From NCBI GenBank assembly GCA_043228905.1, contig JBHGNT010000017.1:18538001-18602000 (forward strand): a stretch of 64,000 nt of DNA, written 5' to 3'. Position numbers and translations under genes: made by a program. Of the stretch, positions 1 to 12,680 are shown piece by piece. The notes beneath the pieces are model-generated. The model searched no databases and was not told where the DNA came from. It was given only the letters and a program-made list of their open reading frames with translations. Origin of the DNA: Azolla caroliniana (Eukaryota > Plantae > Polypodiophyta). How positions within the stretch are numbered: the first letter of the stretch is position 1; the number at the start of each line of letters is the position of its first letter.

Positions 1-1500
1 CTTGGATGTTCGGGCATGCTCTGTTTAGCTCATCCGTGGCTCGGGTCGCCGCACGTATCTTACATCCGTGCTTTGTATTGATCGGCCACCGGCCCTTCTT
101 GTAGAAGTCCATCGACATCGGGTTGATTTATGATCTGTGGTCAATCAATGCTACTACCGGCTCCTACACATCTCTGCTCCGCACCGAGGTCTTTGTCGTC
201 ACTCTAGCCCAGTGTGGGTTCCTATAGTTGGCTATTTGGAAACTTCTCTTCCATCGCCACCTCTTCAAGGTGGGCCGCCTTTACTTCGACCAGCTTCTCT
301 GGCTCCGGCTCCGATGAGAGCCGCTTCCTTTTTACCAGGTCCATGATGGAATCGTGGAATTCCTTCTTTGCGATTCCCCGCACCTCTCGTAACGAGAGCT
401 CCACCTTGCTATCAAGGATCCGCTCTTCGAGGACCTTCTGCAAATCCGTTGTCCTCTGTATCTCTGAGCTCAACCGGAAGCTCGGAATCTTCACCTTCCC
501 ATGTGGGCTGGTTGGGCCTTCGTCATTCTTTTTCGGCTCACTCCAGGTCTCATACCGGCCCCTCTAGCCTTTCGAGCTCGTTTGTCCGCAACCAGAACCT
601 CATAGTTTTGGCACGCGGCTTCTACGCAGCTAGTTTTCTCTTCAACCGGATTTTCCCATCCGGTGCCTTCCTGGACTCGCCTCTCTGTGTGGTTCACCTC
701 TTCCTTTCGTAGCCTCATCCCCGACATGCCTTCTAGTACGAATGGCCAGAATCCGGTATCGCATCCGGGTCCAGTGCCCTTCCCTCTGCTTACCTAGATC
801 CCTGTCAACACCGAGTAGTGGATGGCCTTGGCGTTCCGGACAACGACTTCTTCCATTATCCTCTTCATGCCAACTCGTCCGATATTCAACTCGAGGGGTC
901 TTCGCGTGTCGCACGTGCTTACCCGCCCGTTCCAGAGATACACAATATTGTTCTTGAGTGCTTCGGCAAAATCGGCGCACTCTTTTCGGATGTGGCTGAC
1001 GGCATCACACCACATGCATCGTTGGTCGACCGGAGGCCTCCGGTCATGTGACTGTCCCCCACCATCTCTCTGAGCTTGCACGATCTGGAGATGACGCACC
1101 ATCTTCATCAGCTCCTCCAGAGTTGTGCCCCCGAATGGGCCCCTAACCACGTCGGTCGGAACCGTGCCCGACTCGAGCCACCTTAGTGTCTCTTCCATCC
1201 ATGTTGGTATCGGTTCCTCTGGCTTCTTCCTGGCACACGGGCCGGTCGTCAACGACCCCGCATCATTCCATTCTCGCTGTTTGTCGAAACAGATATAGAC
1301 CCTCTTTACCACGGCCCAATTGATTTCGAGCCCTTCATTCATCTCCAATAGGAGTCCCACCATTTTGTCGGTTGAGTGGATCGTCCGACTTGATAAACAA
1401 TAGGACCTTGATCATGTTGAGCATGGTCCAGGTGGTCGACAGCCACTATCATCGCTTCGGCGAGTTCGCCTCCCCTCATTTTCGGACTCCTATGCCACCC
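1..1500 (-). mobile_element. Decayed Ty3/Gypsy fragment (family G): gag with zinc knuckle plus aspartic protease
   Basis: ORF 794..1363 has the knuckle CMWCDAVSHIRKEC. Bases ~1-160 on the minus strand read PVVALIDHRS*INPMSMDFYKKGRWPINTKHG, nearly the same as the protease at 18553..18909. Multiple stops and frameshifts; right boundary approximate. Confidence 0.8.
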
Positions 1501-1504
1501 CTTT

Positions 1505-4500
1505 CACGTCGGGTTCACTGGTTCGGCGGCAAGAAATAGCAAAAGAAACTGAAAGGAAAAAGACCAAGTTAGTAAAATCTCACTTTCAAAGAAGAACATG
1601 GCTTCAACATCTGGAACAGGAGTTGAAATCAGAAAATTCGATGGCAAAAACTTTTCCTTATGGAAGGAGATGATGCTCGGCGTGCTAATCATCAGAAGAC
1701 AAGTCCAAGCCATTTGACACAGTGAAAAACCTTCCTCAATGACAGCCGAAGAGTGGAGATCTACCATCCAAATGCATCTGGCATAAAACGTCTACTTTAG
1801 CATGACAAAAGAGATGACAACTCTCTCATTGTGGGAGAAGCTACAAGCCGTGTACAGTTTGTGTTGAACAGTTGAATTGCTATGAGAGAGACCGATCTGG
1901 CCACCTCCCACATCAGCATGTTCAGCCGATTGTTGTCAAAACTCTCCTCACAAGGGATCAACTTCGAAGAAGAAGTGAAATCTCTTGCCCTCCTATCGAG
2001 CTTGTCAGTGAGTTATGAGGTATTCTGCATGACATACACCAACATTCGACCAATTCTAAATCTAGATGAAATTATTGGCCAAGTCCTCCCTGAGGAAATT
2101 TGGCGAAAATCAATGGGACTTACCATCGACAAGTTAGCAGAAGCCCATCACTCGACTGAGTCGATCAACTGATTGAGTCGATCGAGAGAACAAGCCGACA
2201 AAACCAGTTGGAACACCAACCAATCAAGAACGAGGGGAGACCGACAATGGTCGAAGTCGAAAACGGGCCGATCAAGCGAATTCTGCACACATTGCAAAAA
2301 AGATGGTCACAATGTTTCCAACTGTTGGTCGATCAAGAGGAAAGAGAGTGGTCAACGATCTGAGCAGAATCGAGGATGACCCGACTCGGACCACTCTCCA
2401 ATTGGCAGTCAAATCAACGTTGCCGACACGATTAGGAGAAATTCTCTCCTTAGAGGATTTAGTGATCGGAGAAGTCCTCTACAATGCACAAGATGCACAT
2501 ACGTGGTTAGTGGATTCCGGTGCCACATTCCATGTGACCCCTAATATTGAAAGGTTTTCGAACTATTCAGTCGACGCCAGTGGCACAGTGTGACTAGGCA
2601 ACGCGCAACAGTGCAGAGTCGCAGGGACCGGAGAGGTTCCCATCTGATGGCCAAATGGCAACATGATCACCCTACACCAAGTGCGACAGGTACCTGATCT
2701 GAAAAGGAGTCTGGTCTCCATCGGCATGTTAGCCGAAGATGGGTACTGAAGTACTCTAAGTGAGTCGGTATGGATTATAAGCTGGGGAAATCTCATAATT
2801 GGGAGTTGACACAAGTACAATAACTTATACCCAATGATGGTGATCAATCCAGATGGGTTCGTGAACGTAGCTGAAAAGACCGACCCGAACTTATGGCATG
2901 GACGACTCGGCCATATGTCTCAAGCCAGACTCGATTGGTTAATGGTGGTTGGCTACATCCCTAAACTCCAAGCAAAGATGAACTTTTGCGAGCATTGTCG
3001 ATATAGGAAACAGACCCGAAGTCCGCACACTCTCCATTACGAGACAGTACGACAACCCCTAGAACTCGTGCACACAGACATATTCGGGTCTATGCCAGAG
3101 AGATCACTAGGAGGCTCCTGGTACTTCATCATATTTGTAGATGACTGTAGTCTACTCCATCAAGACTAAAGACGAAGCACTCGCGATCTTCACTCGATGG
3201 ATATCTGAAGTGGAGAACCTGTCGAGATACAGGGTGAAGACAATCTGATCTGAGAAAGGAGGTCAGTACACCTCCAGAGCATTCAAACAATACCTTTCGG
3301 ACAAAGGGATCTGGCATCAAAAGAATGTTCCTTACACACCCATACAAAATGCAGTTGCAGAATGGATCAACCGAACGATCTAGGAGACAGTGACTACAAT
3401 GCTCCAACATGCTTGACTAAAGCAAGAGTTCTGGGCCAAAGCATTATAGACATCAGTTTATATTTGATCAACCTGTCTCCCTCGAAAGCAATCAGGCTCG
3501 AAGTGCCACAGGCACAATGGTCAAGCAAACAACCGGCCTATGATAGGCTCCTTATATTCAGATGCAAAGCCTACACGTTCATCCCCAAGGAGAAAAGGAC
3601 CAAGTTGGCACCCCATGCAACAAAGTGCATATTTCTCGGTTATTGAACCGATGGGGACTTCGGCTACAGGCTATGGGACCCTAAGAACCGGAAAATGATC
3701 CGGAGCAGTGATGTAGTCTTCAATGAAGACTCTATCTTCTCTCAGCAGAATGAACCAAAAATAGTTCGTAAAAAGGTATCCCTCAAAGGCAATAGAGCTA
3801 TTGTAGAAGGACCGACCCACCGGTCTGACTTAGAGATTAGACAAATAGTCGAACTCGAACAAGCCAACAATATACCTACCGACTCCGAATCGGCAACAGG
3901 TCCAATAGTCGAACTCAAAGACAAAGTCAACAAAGTCAAAGTCAAATCGACCAAAGTCAGGAATGACAGAGTCAAAAGAGACAGAGTCCAACCAACCGAA
4001 ACATTGGATATGGCTCAAATGAGACCCGAGTCGACTGAGTACCCAAGGGAGAATGACATAACACCGCCAAAATCTCATTATGAGGATGGGTCATCTAACA
4101 AGACCCCTGACACAAATGGTTCAACAAATACCGATTAATGAACCAAACCAATCGAAAAATCTGAACCACTTATTTCAACACCTAGGAGATCTAGACAAGC
4201 TCGAAGGCAGGCAGAGTTCTATCAACCGGGCCTCGACTATGTCCACTACATCGATGTAGGAAAACTAAGCACATATGATGAAGCTATGGCCCCACCAGAC
4301 GTCAACACATGGCTACATGCCATGAAATCTGAAATGGACTCGATTCACAAGAATCAGACATGGGAGTTGGTCGAACTACCAACTAGAAGAAAGCCGATAC
4401 CTTGCAAATGGGTTTTCCGATACAAATATCTGACCTAGAGAAACCCAAGTACAAAGCTCGTCTTGTCGCGAAAGGGTTCAAACAAGAACATGGGATCGAC

Positions 4501-6348
4501 TACGATGAGATATTTTCACCAGTAGTCAAGATGACCACCCTCAGACTCCTACTAGGAGTTGTGGCGACAAAAGACCTAGAGCTATAACATCTAGATGTAA
4601 AGACAACATTTCTAAATGGAGATCTGGAAGAAGACATTTACATGTCTCAATCAACAGGCTTCAAGGCGACGGGGGAGGAAAGTCACCTCGTATGCCGCCT
4701 AAAGAAAAGTATCTATGGCTTGAAACAAGCCCCGAGGATGTGGTACCATAAGTTCAACTCCTACATCAGGTAGCTTGGATATCACTGATCAGATTCTGAT
4801 CCATGTATGTACATTCAGCAACTGGCTGACGAGTCTAGGATTTATCTGATCCTATATGTCAATGACATGCTGATTGCAGGAAGCAATCAAGCAGAGATCA
4901 GAAAGCTGAAGCGGAGCCTTCATGAAAAGTTTGCGATGAAGGATCTTGGACAAGCCTGACACATACTGGGGATGAGGATCGAGCAAAATCGGACGACTAA
5001 GACTCTCTAACTCTCCTAGTCCAACTATATCAGGAAGGTGCTAAAGCGCTTCAACATGGAGAATGAGAAGCCAACACCAACGCCACTTCCAGCGTCGATT
5101 CAACCATCGAACAAAGACTCTCCTTCAATGGACAAGGAGAGAGAGCTTAATGGAAAGATGCCCTACGCATCGGCCCTAGGAAGTACCATGTACGCAATGG
5201 TGGCAACCCAACCCGACCTAGCCTATGTCGTAGGGATGGTCAACCGGTACATGTCAAATCCAGGACGGAAGCATTAGGAGGCCGTCAAGCACATCCTTAG
5301 GTATCTAAAAGGAAACGTGGATGCACAACTGACTTTTGATTTGACAACCTCAACCGAAGTCGAAGGCTACACTGACTCCGACTACGCCGGAAATACGGAT
5401 AATCAGAAGTCGACATCAGCCTACATCTTCACCTATGGTGGCGGTGCGATGTAATGGAGGTCGAAACTTCAAGAGTGCACAGCTCTGTCGACCACAGAGG
5501 CCGAGTACATAGCAACATTGGAGGCAGCGAAGGAAGTGATCTAGTTGCATTGACTCTCTGCCAATTTTTCAGCTATAGGTCAAATCGACTGACCAACGCC
5601 AACCATCTATTGTGACTCATAGAGCGCAATACACCTCATCAACAATCCTGTCTATCACGCAAAGACAAAGCATATTGAGGTGAGGTATCATCACATCCGG
5701 GAGCTCATAACCGAGAAGAGGCTCGAAGTCCAGAAGATCGACACTGAGGTGAACATCGTCGATTGCCTGACGAAGCCACTCCCAGATCAACGCTTCGGAG
5801 CACTAAGGACCAGAATGGGATTACGACAAGAGACTGAGCAGAAGAAAGCTGAACGAGCAGAAGGTAAGAGTCGACTGAATAAATCATGATAATGAGCCAA
5901 GCTAGTCTCGACACATACCTCATCTCTACCGATTCGGCTATATGCCGACCGACTTGTAACATAAATTTAGATTAGTTTTGTAATCTAGGTTTATGGGGGA
6001 GATAACCCCAAACACTTGTACATGCAGAAAAGAGTAGTCCTTTTACGGGGGAGTTTGTTGGCATGAAAGCCCAACTCCTTCCAATTTGTATCCTGGTGTG
6101 AACTCTTCCAAAAGAGTTAGGGCTTAGTATATAAACAATAACCTAACATTGTAAAAAATAACTTCTTGATCATCTTGTATAGTATCTCTGAGAGAGAGAG
6201 AGAGAGAGAACAAAATAACAACACTTTCATTAAAGCTTAAACCATGTCTATCTTCTATTGTATCTTCTTGCCTCCATTCTTGTAGTTTGTTGAACACATA
6301 CGACAGGTCCTCATATACACACACACATGTTTCCGCACATATTCAACA
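1505..6348 (+). mobile_element. Decayed Ty1/Copia element (family A), 5' LTR missing, 3' LTR present
   Basis: Copia domain order: gag from 1598 (MASTSGTGVEIRKFDGKNFSLW), knuckle CTHCKKDGHNVSNC, protease WLVDSGATFH, GAG-pre-integrase LWHGRLGH, integrase, RT ([10 protein letters not shown]), RNase H (KHIEVRYHHIRE). PPT at ~6045-6055. Many stops. Confidence 0.92.
6056..6348 (+). repeat. 3' LTR of Copia family A
   Basis: TGTTGG...TCAACA directly after PPT GGGGGAGTT. Homologous to the LTR at 20018..20316. Contains TATATAAA and a (GA)n tract. Confidence 0.85.
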
Positions 6349-8746
6349 ACACAAGTACCATGGCTCGGAAGTTGCAGCTCCGGCAAGAGTTCAACAGTAT
6401 CCGGCAATAGGACATGTCGATCACCAACTACACCACCAAGATCAAGGACATCTGTGGTGTGTTTGGGTCCATCAATGTGACGGTGGACGAGACGAGACGG
6501 TCCAGATCTGCCTCAGTGGTGTAGCACACCAGTACCGGCCAATCTGGACAACAATTTGCACCTAGAAGAAGCCATCATCCTTCTTTGACCTGCAATCGAT
6601 GCTTATGGTCGAAGAAAACCAAGCTAGTGGGTCAAGGACCACTCAATCAAACATTCGGATACTGTACATGGAGGCAGATCGACCCCGTGGGCGTGGGGGA
6701 CGAGTGGGTCGGCACACAATGGAGGCAGCCGGCAATAGCAGAATCAAAGGCACAGAGATAGTGGCGACAACAGTTTCGAACCCTCCATAAGCAGGGGGAG
6801 GCAAAGAGGTGCCAGAAACCGGCAAGGGAAGACCCCGATGGACTATTGCTACTGTGGTCGGAAGGGCCACAGAGAGAGGGACTGTTGGAAGAAGTGTGCC
6901 AATTTGGATAAATCTGGATCCGGCAAGCCGGACAAGGGAACCAACAAACCTCACACTATGCTGAGGGATCAAAAGGATCTGGAACCGGAAAGACCGGAAA
7001 AGGGCCAGCCTTCATGATGAAACAGAAGGGGAACTCGATGAAGGTCGAATCAGATATCGACCTGTGGCACAATCGGATCAGCTACATCAACTACCAGAGG
7101 CTTTAGGGCCTACAATCGAAACAAATTGTTTTTGTATTGTCGAAACTTAGTGGCCAGAAGGCCTAAATTTGTGAAGCCTGCCAACTCGGGAAGCAATATC
7201 GGCTTTCGTTCCCCACCGAAAGAAACTGGAGCCGTAACAAGCTCGATCTAATACATTCGGATATATGGGGACCAATACAGAACATTAGTCTTGGCGGGAG
7301 CCAATATTTCATCTCCTACATCGACGACTACATCCGGCACATGTGGATCTTCCTCATCGAGAAGAAAAGTGAAGTTTTCGATTGTTTCCGGAACTTGCAG
7401 AGTTTAGTCGAATGGGAAACGGAAACGAAGATCAAGTGCCTACGGTCGGATGGCAGAAAAGAATGTGTTTTCGGCCATTCAACACTTACTTGCAGCATAG
7501 AGGAATTCAGAGAGAATTCAACTGTAGAGACACACCGCAACATAACGGTGTGGTCGAAAGAAGGAATTGGTCGATTGTGGAGGCAACACGGACAATGCTA
7601 GAGGAGAAGAGCATGCCCACGTTCTATTGGGCTGAGGTGGTCCGGACAGCCATGTACATCCAAAACCAGATCGGGGATAAGGTGTCAGCCCACAAGCTAT
7701 TTTCAGGCAGAAGCCAAACTAAGGCACCTTAGGATATTCAGTAACATTTCATATGTGCATGTGCCAGATGAGAAGAGGAGAACGTTGGACCCAAAGGTAG
7801 AAAAGTGCATCCTAGTCAGCTATTCTCATGAGCAGAAGGGGTATAAGTGTTATAACCCCCAGACAACGACAAACCAAGTAAGCCGAGATGTCGAATTTGA
7901 TGAGTCAACATCATGGTACTTTCTACTGACTCCGACCGGATTCCGAAATATGAGACCAGTGAGCCGGAAACGATCCGGGCAGAAGATGACGAAGGATTCG
8001 GTCCTTTGGACAAGAGTCTGATCTCATTCCAGCTAAGTGGGTCGAATGAGTGACTGAGTCTGAATGACCAATCAGATGAAGAGTCAGCGAGTAGTGGAGA
8101 CTCAACTGTGTTATCCCCACACAAGGAACCAAGGAGATGGTCACGTGCAAAGAAAAGGGGAAGAAGAAGATGTCAGAGTACGACACTGGAACAGAAGAGT
8201 CGAATCGAAGCGAATCCGGCTCCGGAGAAAGACCTTCGGAACAAAATCCGCGTCAGCCAAGAGGACCTTACAATCGGTGAACGTGAAATTACGCTGATCG
8301 ACCTGCTAGAACAACCCCGTCAAGAGGTACGCATACAATGAGTATATATGGTGCATCATTATGCGTACTTGACGAAAGTGGCAGAAGTGCGTGAGCTAGA
8401 GAGCTACGTAGAAGCGGCGAAGGACGTACATTGGCGTGCCGCTATGGAGGAAGAGATGCACACACTCACGGAAAATGAGGTGTGGGATTTAGTGGACGTA
8501 CGGAAAGGAGTGAAACCGATCGGTTGCGGATGGGTATACAAGGTGAAATACAACAGCGACGGCTCCGTCAAACGGTACAAGGCTAGGTTAGTGGCCAAGG
8601 GCTACGTGCAACAGCACGACATCAACTATGATGAGACGTTTGCGCCGGTCGCGAAGCTGACGATCGTTCGTGTCTTGGTTGGGGTGGCAGTGGCAAAGGG
8701 GTGGCATCTACATCATATGGATGTGAAAAATGCCTTCTTGAAAGGT
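6349..8746 (+). mobile_element. Decayed Ty1/Copia fragment (family B): partial gag, integrase, RT N-terminus
   Basis: ARKLQLRQE gag matches the element at 24032..29785. Integrase (CLRSDG) and RT up to DVKNAFLKG are present. The protease region appears deleted near 7040. Bounded by Copia A on the left and a Gypsy LTR on the right. Confidence 0.9.
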
Positions 8747-8756
8747 GTGTTGTTGG

Positions 8757-8889
8757 TGTCAGGAACTCTATTAAGGCAGAGAAGGAATTAGTACTAAAAG
8801 AAGGATTAGTACTATTGTTGGGGAATAGTACTAAGACAGAGAAGGATTAGTACTATGAGAGGTGTCGAACTTTGAGAGAAGGAATGAGT

Positions 8890-8937
<48 letters not shown>

Positions 8938-9227
8938 TGATGCGAAAGATATATGTATTATATGACGGAAGATATACAACAGTAGTTAGAAGGCTTAAGA
9001 CTGGCGTTGAACCGATTTGGTTCGAACTAATGCCTTGCGCCTCCTTTTATAGTGTCTTCAGGAATACTCCTGAAGTTTCTAGAATGTTCCAGAGAAATCT
9101 GGAATATACATCAATTTCCTAATAAAACCTAAATGAAAATAATATCCTTCAAATTACAACTCATAACCTAATGGTAAAGTCTCGACCCGTGTAACAAAAG
9201 GTTATGGGTTCGAGTCTAGTTATGACA
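8757..9227 (-). repeat. 3' LTR of chromovirus H
   Basis: TGTCA/TGACA termini, adjacent PPT, minus-strand TATA (CTATAAAAGG, ~9042-9051), internal (GA)n and short AGTACTA repeats. Confidence 0.88.
9161..9227 (+). promoter_or_regulatory. tRNA-like Pol III A box/B box module inside the LTR, antisense to the element
   Basis: A box TAACCTAATGG 9164-9174; variable-loop-like AGGTT; B box GGTTCGAGTC from 9207; TCATAAC/GTTATGA 7-bp terminal stem. The anticodon arm does not pair. Confidence 0.7.
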
Positions 9228-10931
9228 CTATCCCCCCTTTAAAACGACGAGTTTCACGAGTCGTTTTGGATTGAGGACCCGGTTTCTCGGGATATCGTCG
9301 ATGGAAGTCTTCTAGAAGAGCACGAGCATTGGTCACATTCTCGATCGGTTCCCAAGTACGCTCGCTGGGACTATATCCTAGCCAATCGACTAGATAGTAG
9401 AGCTTGTTGCGAACAATCTTGGAATCGAGGATGGCAGCGACCTCATACTCAGGTCCATCTTCGAGCTCGATAGGAGGTGGAGGTTGTATAGTACGTCCTG
9501 GGATAGTGCTCTCGTGATAGGGTTCGAGGAGAGAACTATGAAACACCGGGTGTATCCGAAGTTGCGGAGGTAGCTCGAGACGAAAAGCGACATCATTAAT
9601 CTTCCCGATAATACGGAAAGGACCTAATCGTCGATAATCCAACTTCTCACATGGGCGAGTAGTCTTGATGTGTCGTCGTAGCAGCCACACCCGATCTCCA
9701 ATGTTAAAACTGGATGGAAGTCGATGACGATCTGCGTAGTCCTTGTGTGATTGTTGAGCTTGCTGGAGTTGAGTAGATAAATCCGCTTGTATCTTGCGTA
9801 ACCGCTCCAAACGATCCTCCGCGCAAGGATTTGTGGACACTTCTGGGGTTTCAAGGACACACCACCGGGGATGATATCCCGTATAAGCGTAGAATGGCGT
9901 GACTTTAGTCGATGCGTGGATAGCGTTATTATAGGCAAATTCGGCGAACTGAAGAATATCTGCCCAGTCATTCTGATGATAATTGAGAAAGCACCGCAGA
10001 TACTGCTCCAGTGTTTGATTTGTTCGTTCGGCTTGACCGTCGGTTTGTGGGTGGTAGCCGGAGGAGAGGTTACAAGTGACCTTCAGCATTTTAAAAAGGT
10101 GCTTCCAGAATTTTGACACAAACTGGGGTCCACGATCGCTGATGATATTATCAGGGAGTCCATGATGCCGACATACTTCCCGCATGACAATTTCGGCGGT
10201 GTCTTCACTAGATATTTCTTTAGTACATGGTAAGAAATGAGCCATCTTCGTATATCGATCCACCACTGTGAGAATCGCACTGAATCCCTTAGAGACTGGA
10301 AGATCTGTAATGAAGTCAAGAGCAATGGATTGCCATGGCTTGCTTGGAATTGGTAATGGTTCTAATAAACCATATGGATGATGTCTTGGCATTTTCGCTC
10401 TGCAGCATGTATCGCAAGTCCGAACAAAATCTTCGACAAATTGTCGCATACGGGGCCACCAGAATGATCGTTGTACTAAATCTAATGTTTTAGTACTACC
10501 AAAATGTCCTGCTGTATATGTGTCATGGCAGTTTTGTACTACTCGAAGGCGGCAAGAACCATTAGGAACATACAAAAGTTCTTTAAAGAAGAGTAATCCA
10601 TCACAGTATTTGAATTGCCGATAATCCGTACCTGGTGATTGTGATTGTGAACATGACGCTCGAGAGGGGTCAATTTGTGCTAGTATAGCTTGGGCGAAAG
10701 CGTCAGTCTTCAAGTCCTCACGTATAGTATTGGTAATGTCGGAATCCACGGGCATGTCAAAGATCTGTGCTGCTTGCAGTCGTGCTGGACCCAAGATTAC
10801 TTGCTTCTGGTTATCGAAAGCTGGCTCACCGGGACGTGGTGTTAGATACGAACGCCGTGATAATGCATCTGCCTTCCCTTGGTGCTTCCCCGGACGATAT
10901 GTAATTTTGAAGTCGAAGCGTGTGAGGAAGT
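9220..10931 (-). CDS. Partial Gypsy Pol: RNase H end, integrase (HHCC, DDE, GPF motif), chromodomain
   Basis: Provided 524-aa ORF: HDTYTAGH..CDTC, LDFITDLP, SDRGPQF, DGQAERTNQTLEQYLR, LGPF, EYEVAAILDSK..YLVDWLGYSPSERTWEP. The frame stays open up to the Ns. Confidence 0.95.
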
Positions 10932-11031
10932 NNNNNNNNNNNNNNNNNNNNNNNNNNNNNNNNNNNNNNNNNNNNNNNNNNNNNNNNNNNNNNNNNNNNN
11001 NNNNNNNNNNNNNNNNNNNNNNNNNNNNNNN
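10932..11031. other. Assembly gap (100 N)
   Basis: Run of N. Unrelated elements lie on the two sides, so the true gap size is unknown. Confidence 1.
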
Positions 11032-12452
11032 AAGCTGGATCCGAAGTCCCGGCCATGCATATTCCTTGGATAAGGTGATGATGGGTTCGGTTACCGGGTA
11101 TCGGATCTGGTCGATAGAAAGGTGTTTCGGAATTGGGACATAGTCTTCATGGAAGACAGGACCATTGCCGAATGGGAGTCGGAGAAGAAGGTAACGAACT
11201 CCGGATCATCCATTGAAAATCGGCCAGAGGACAAAAGGATATACCCGGTTGAAAACCGGATGTTAGCCGGTAACCGGATGACACTTGACGAACCGGCCGG
11301 ATACAGACAGGAAACCGAACCGACCGAAGAAGAAGAAGAAGAAGAAGACACCAGAGCCGGACAAGATCTCGAATCGGATTCGGATTCGGAACAGACGGAG
11401 GAACCGGCAGTCAAAAACCAAGGACGGAGATATCCTCTCCGAGAGAGAAGAGCCCCCCAAAGATTCCCGGATGTAGAGCATGTGTTGCTAACCGATGAGG
11501 AGGAGCCGGAAAGCTTCGAAGAAGCAAAGAGAGACACCCACAACCGCAAGTGGTTGAGTGCCATGCAAGATGAGATGGATTCCCTGCATGAGAACCACAC
11601 ATACAAATTGGTGGAGTTGCCGAAAGGAAAGAGGGCACTCCAGAACAAGTGGGTGTACAAGCTGAAACCGGGAGATGTTGGAAATCCACCAAGGTATAAG
11701 GCCCGAATCGTGGTGAAGGGCTTCTAGAAGAAGAAAGGAGTGGATTTCAATGAGATCTTTGCCCCGGTAGTAAAGATGACATCCATCCGGACGGTATTGG
11801 GGAGATCTACATGCATCAACCGGAAGGATTTGAGAAGAAAGGGAAGGAGCACCTGGTGTGCCGGCTGAAGAAGAGCCTATACGGACTAAAGTAGGCCCCC
11901 CGACAATGATACCGGAAGTACGACTCCTTCATGACCGACCAAGGGTACCACAAGACGCAAGCCGATCACTGCATTTTTGTGAAGAAATTTGACGGAGGAG
12001 ACTTCCTGATACTCCTCCTGTATGTGGATGATATGTTGATCGTCGGACAAGACCAAGGCAAGATTCGGATGCTGAAGAAGGCCCTGAACCGGACCTTCTC
12101 AATGAAAGACTTGGGTCCGGCAAGACATATACTGGGGATGCACATCATCCGGGACCGTTCGAAGAAGCAATTGTGGCTGTCATAGGAAAAGTACGTGACA
12201 AAGGTGCTTCAGCTGTTTAACATGTCAGAACAAAACCGGTTGGATCGACACTCCCGGCAAACTGCAGATTATCAGGTAAGCAAAGCCCGAAGACAAAGGC
12301 AGAGAAGGCAGATATGATGAAGATTCCATATGCCTCTACGGTCGGGAGCTTGATGTACGCAATGGTGTGTACTCGATCAGATATTGGATATGCAGTCGGA
12401 GTGGTGAGCCGGTTCATGAGCAATCCCGGCAAAGAGCATTGGAATGTTGTCA
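11032..12452 (+). mobile_element. Decayed Ty1/Copia fragment (family C): integrase C-terminus and RT
   Basis: KLDPKSRPCIFLG, YKARIVVKGF, LLYVDDMLI, PYASTVGSLMY. Very similar to the element at 58092..62372. Ends at a Gypsy LTR. Confidence 0.92.
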
Positions 12453-12611
12453 TGTTATTCTGCACGCGTAGGAGAAACCAAGGCGGGACCACGGGGGTCC
12501 TGATCCAGGGAATTACCGAACAGAAGGAGGAGCACCACGAACCCACGGCCGAGCCGCCCACACACAGATACACAAAGAACTCACAACAAGGTCGAACAAC
12601 ACGTGAGGTGA

Positions 12612-12680
<69 letters not shown>

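Larger units (their letters stand above)
8757..10931 (-). mobile_element. Ty3/Gypsy chromovirus (family H), 3' part, truncated by the assembly gap
   Basis: Uninterrupted pol frame from the gap to 9220. PPT AAAGGGGGGATAG adjoins the LTR TGTCA...TGACA at 8757..9227. Confidence 0.95.

Noticed and set aside
10730-11143. ORFs and element continuity across the N gap
   Set aside because: The two sides belong to different superfamilies on opposite strands; continuity cannot be inferred.
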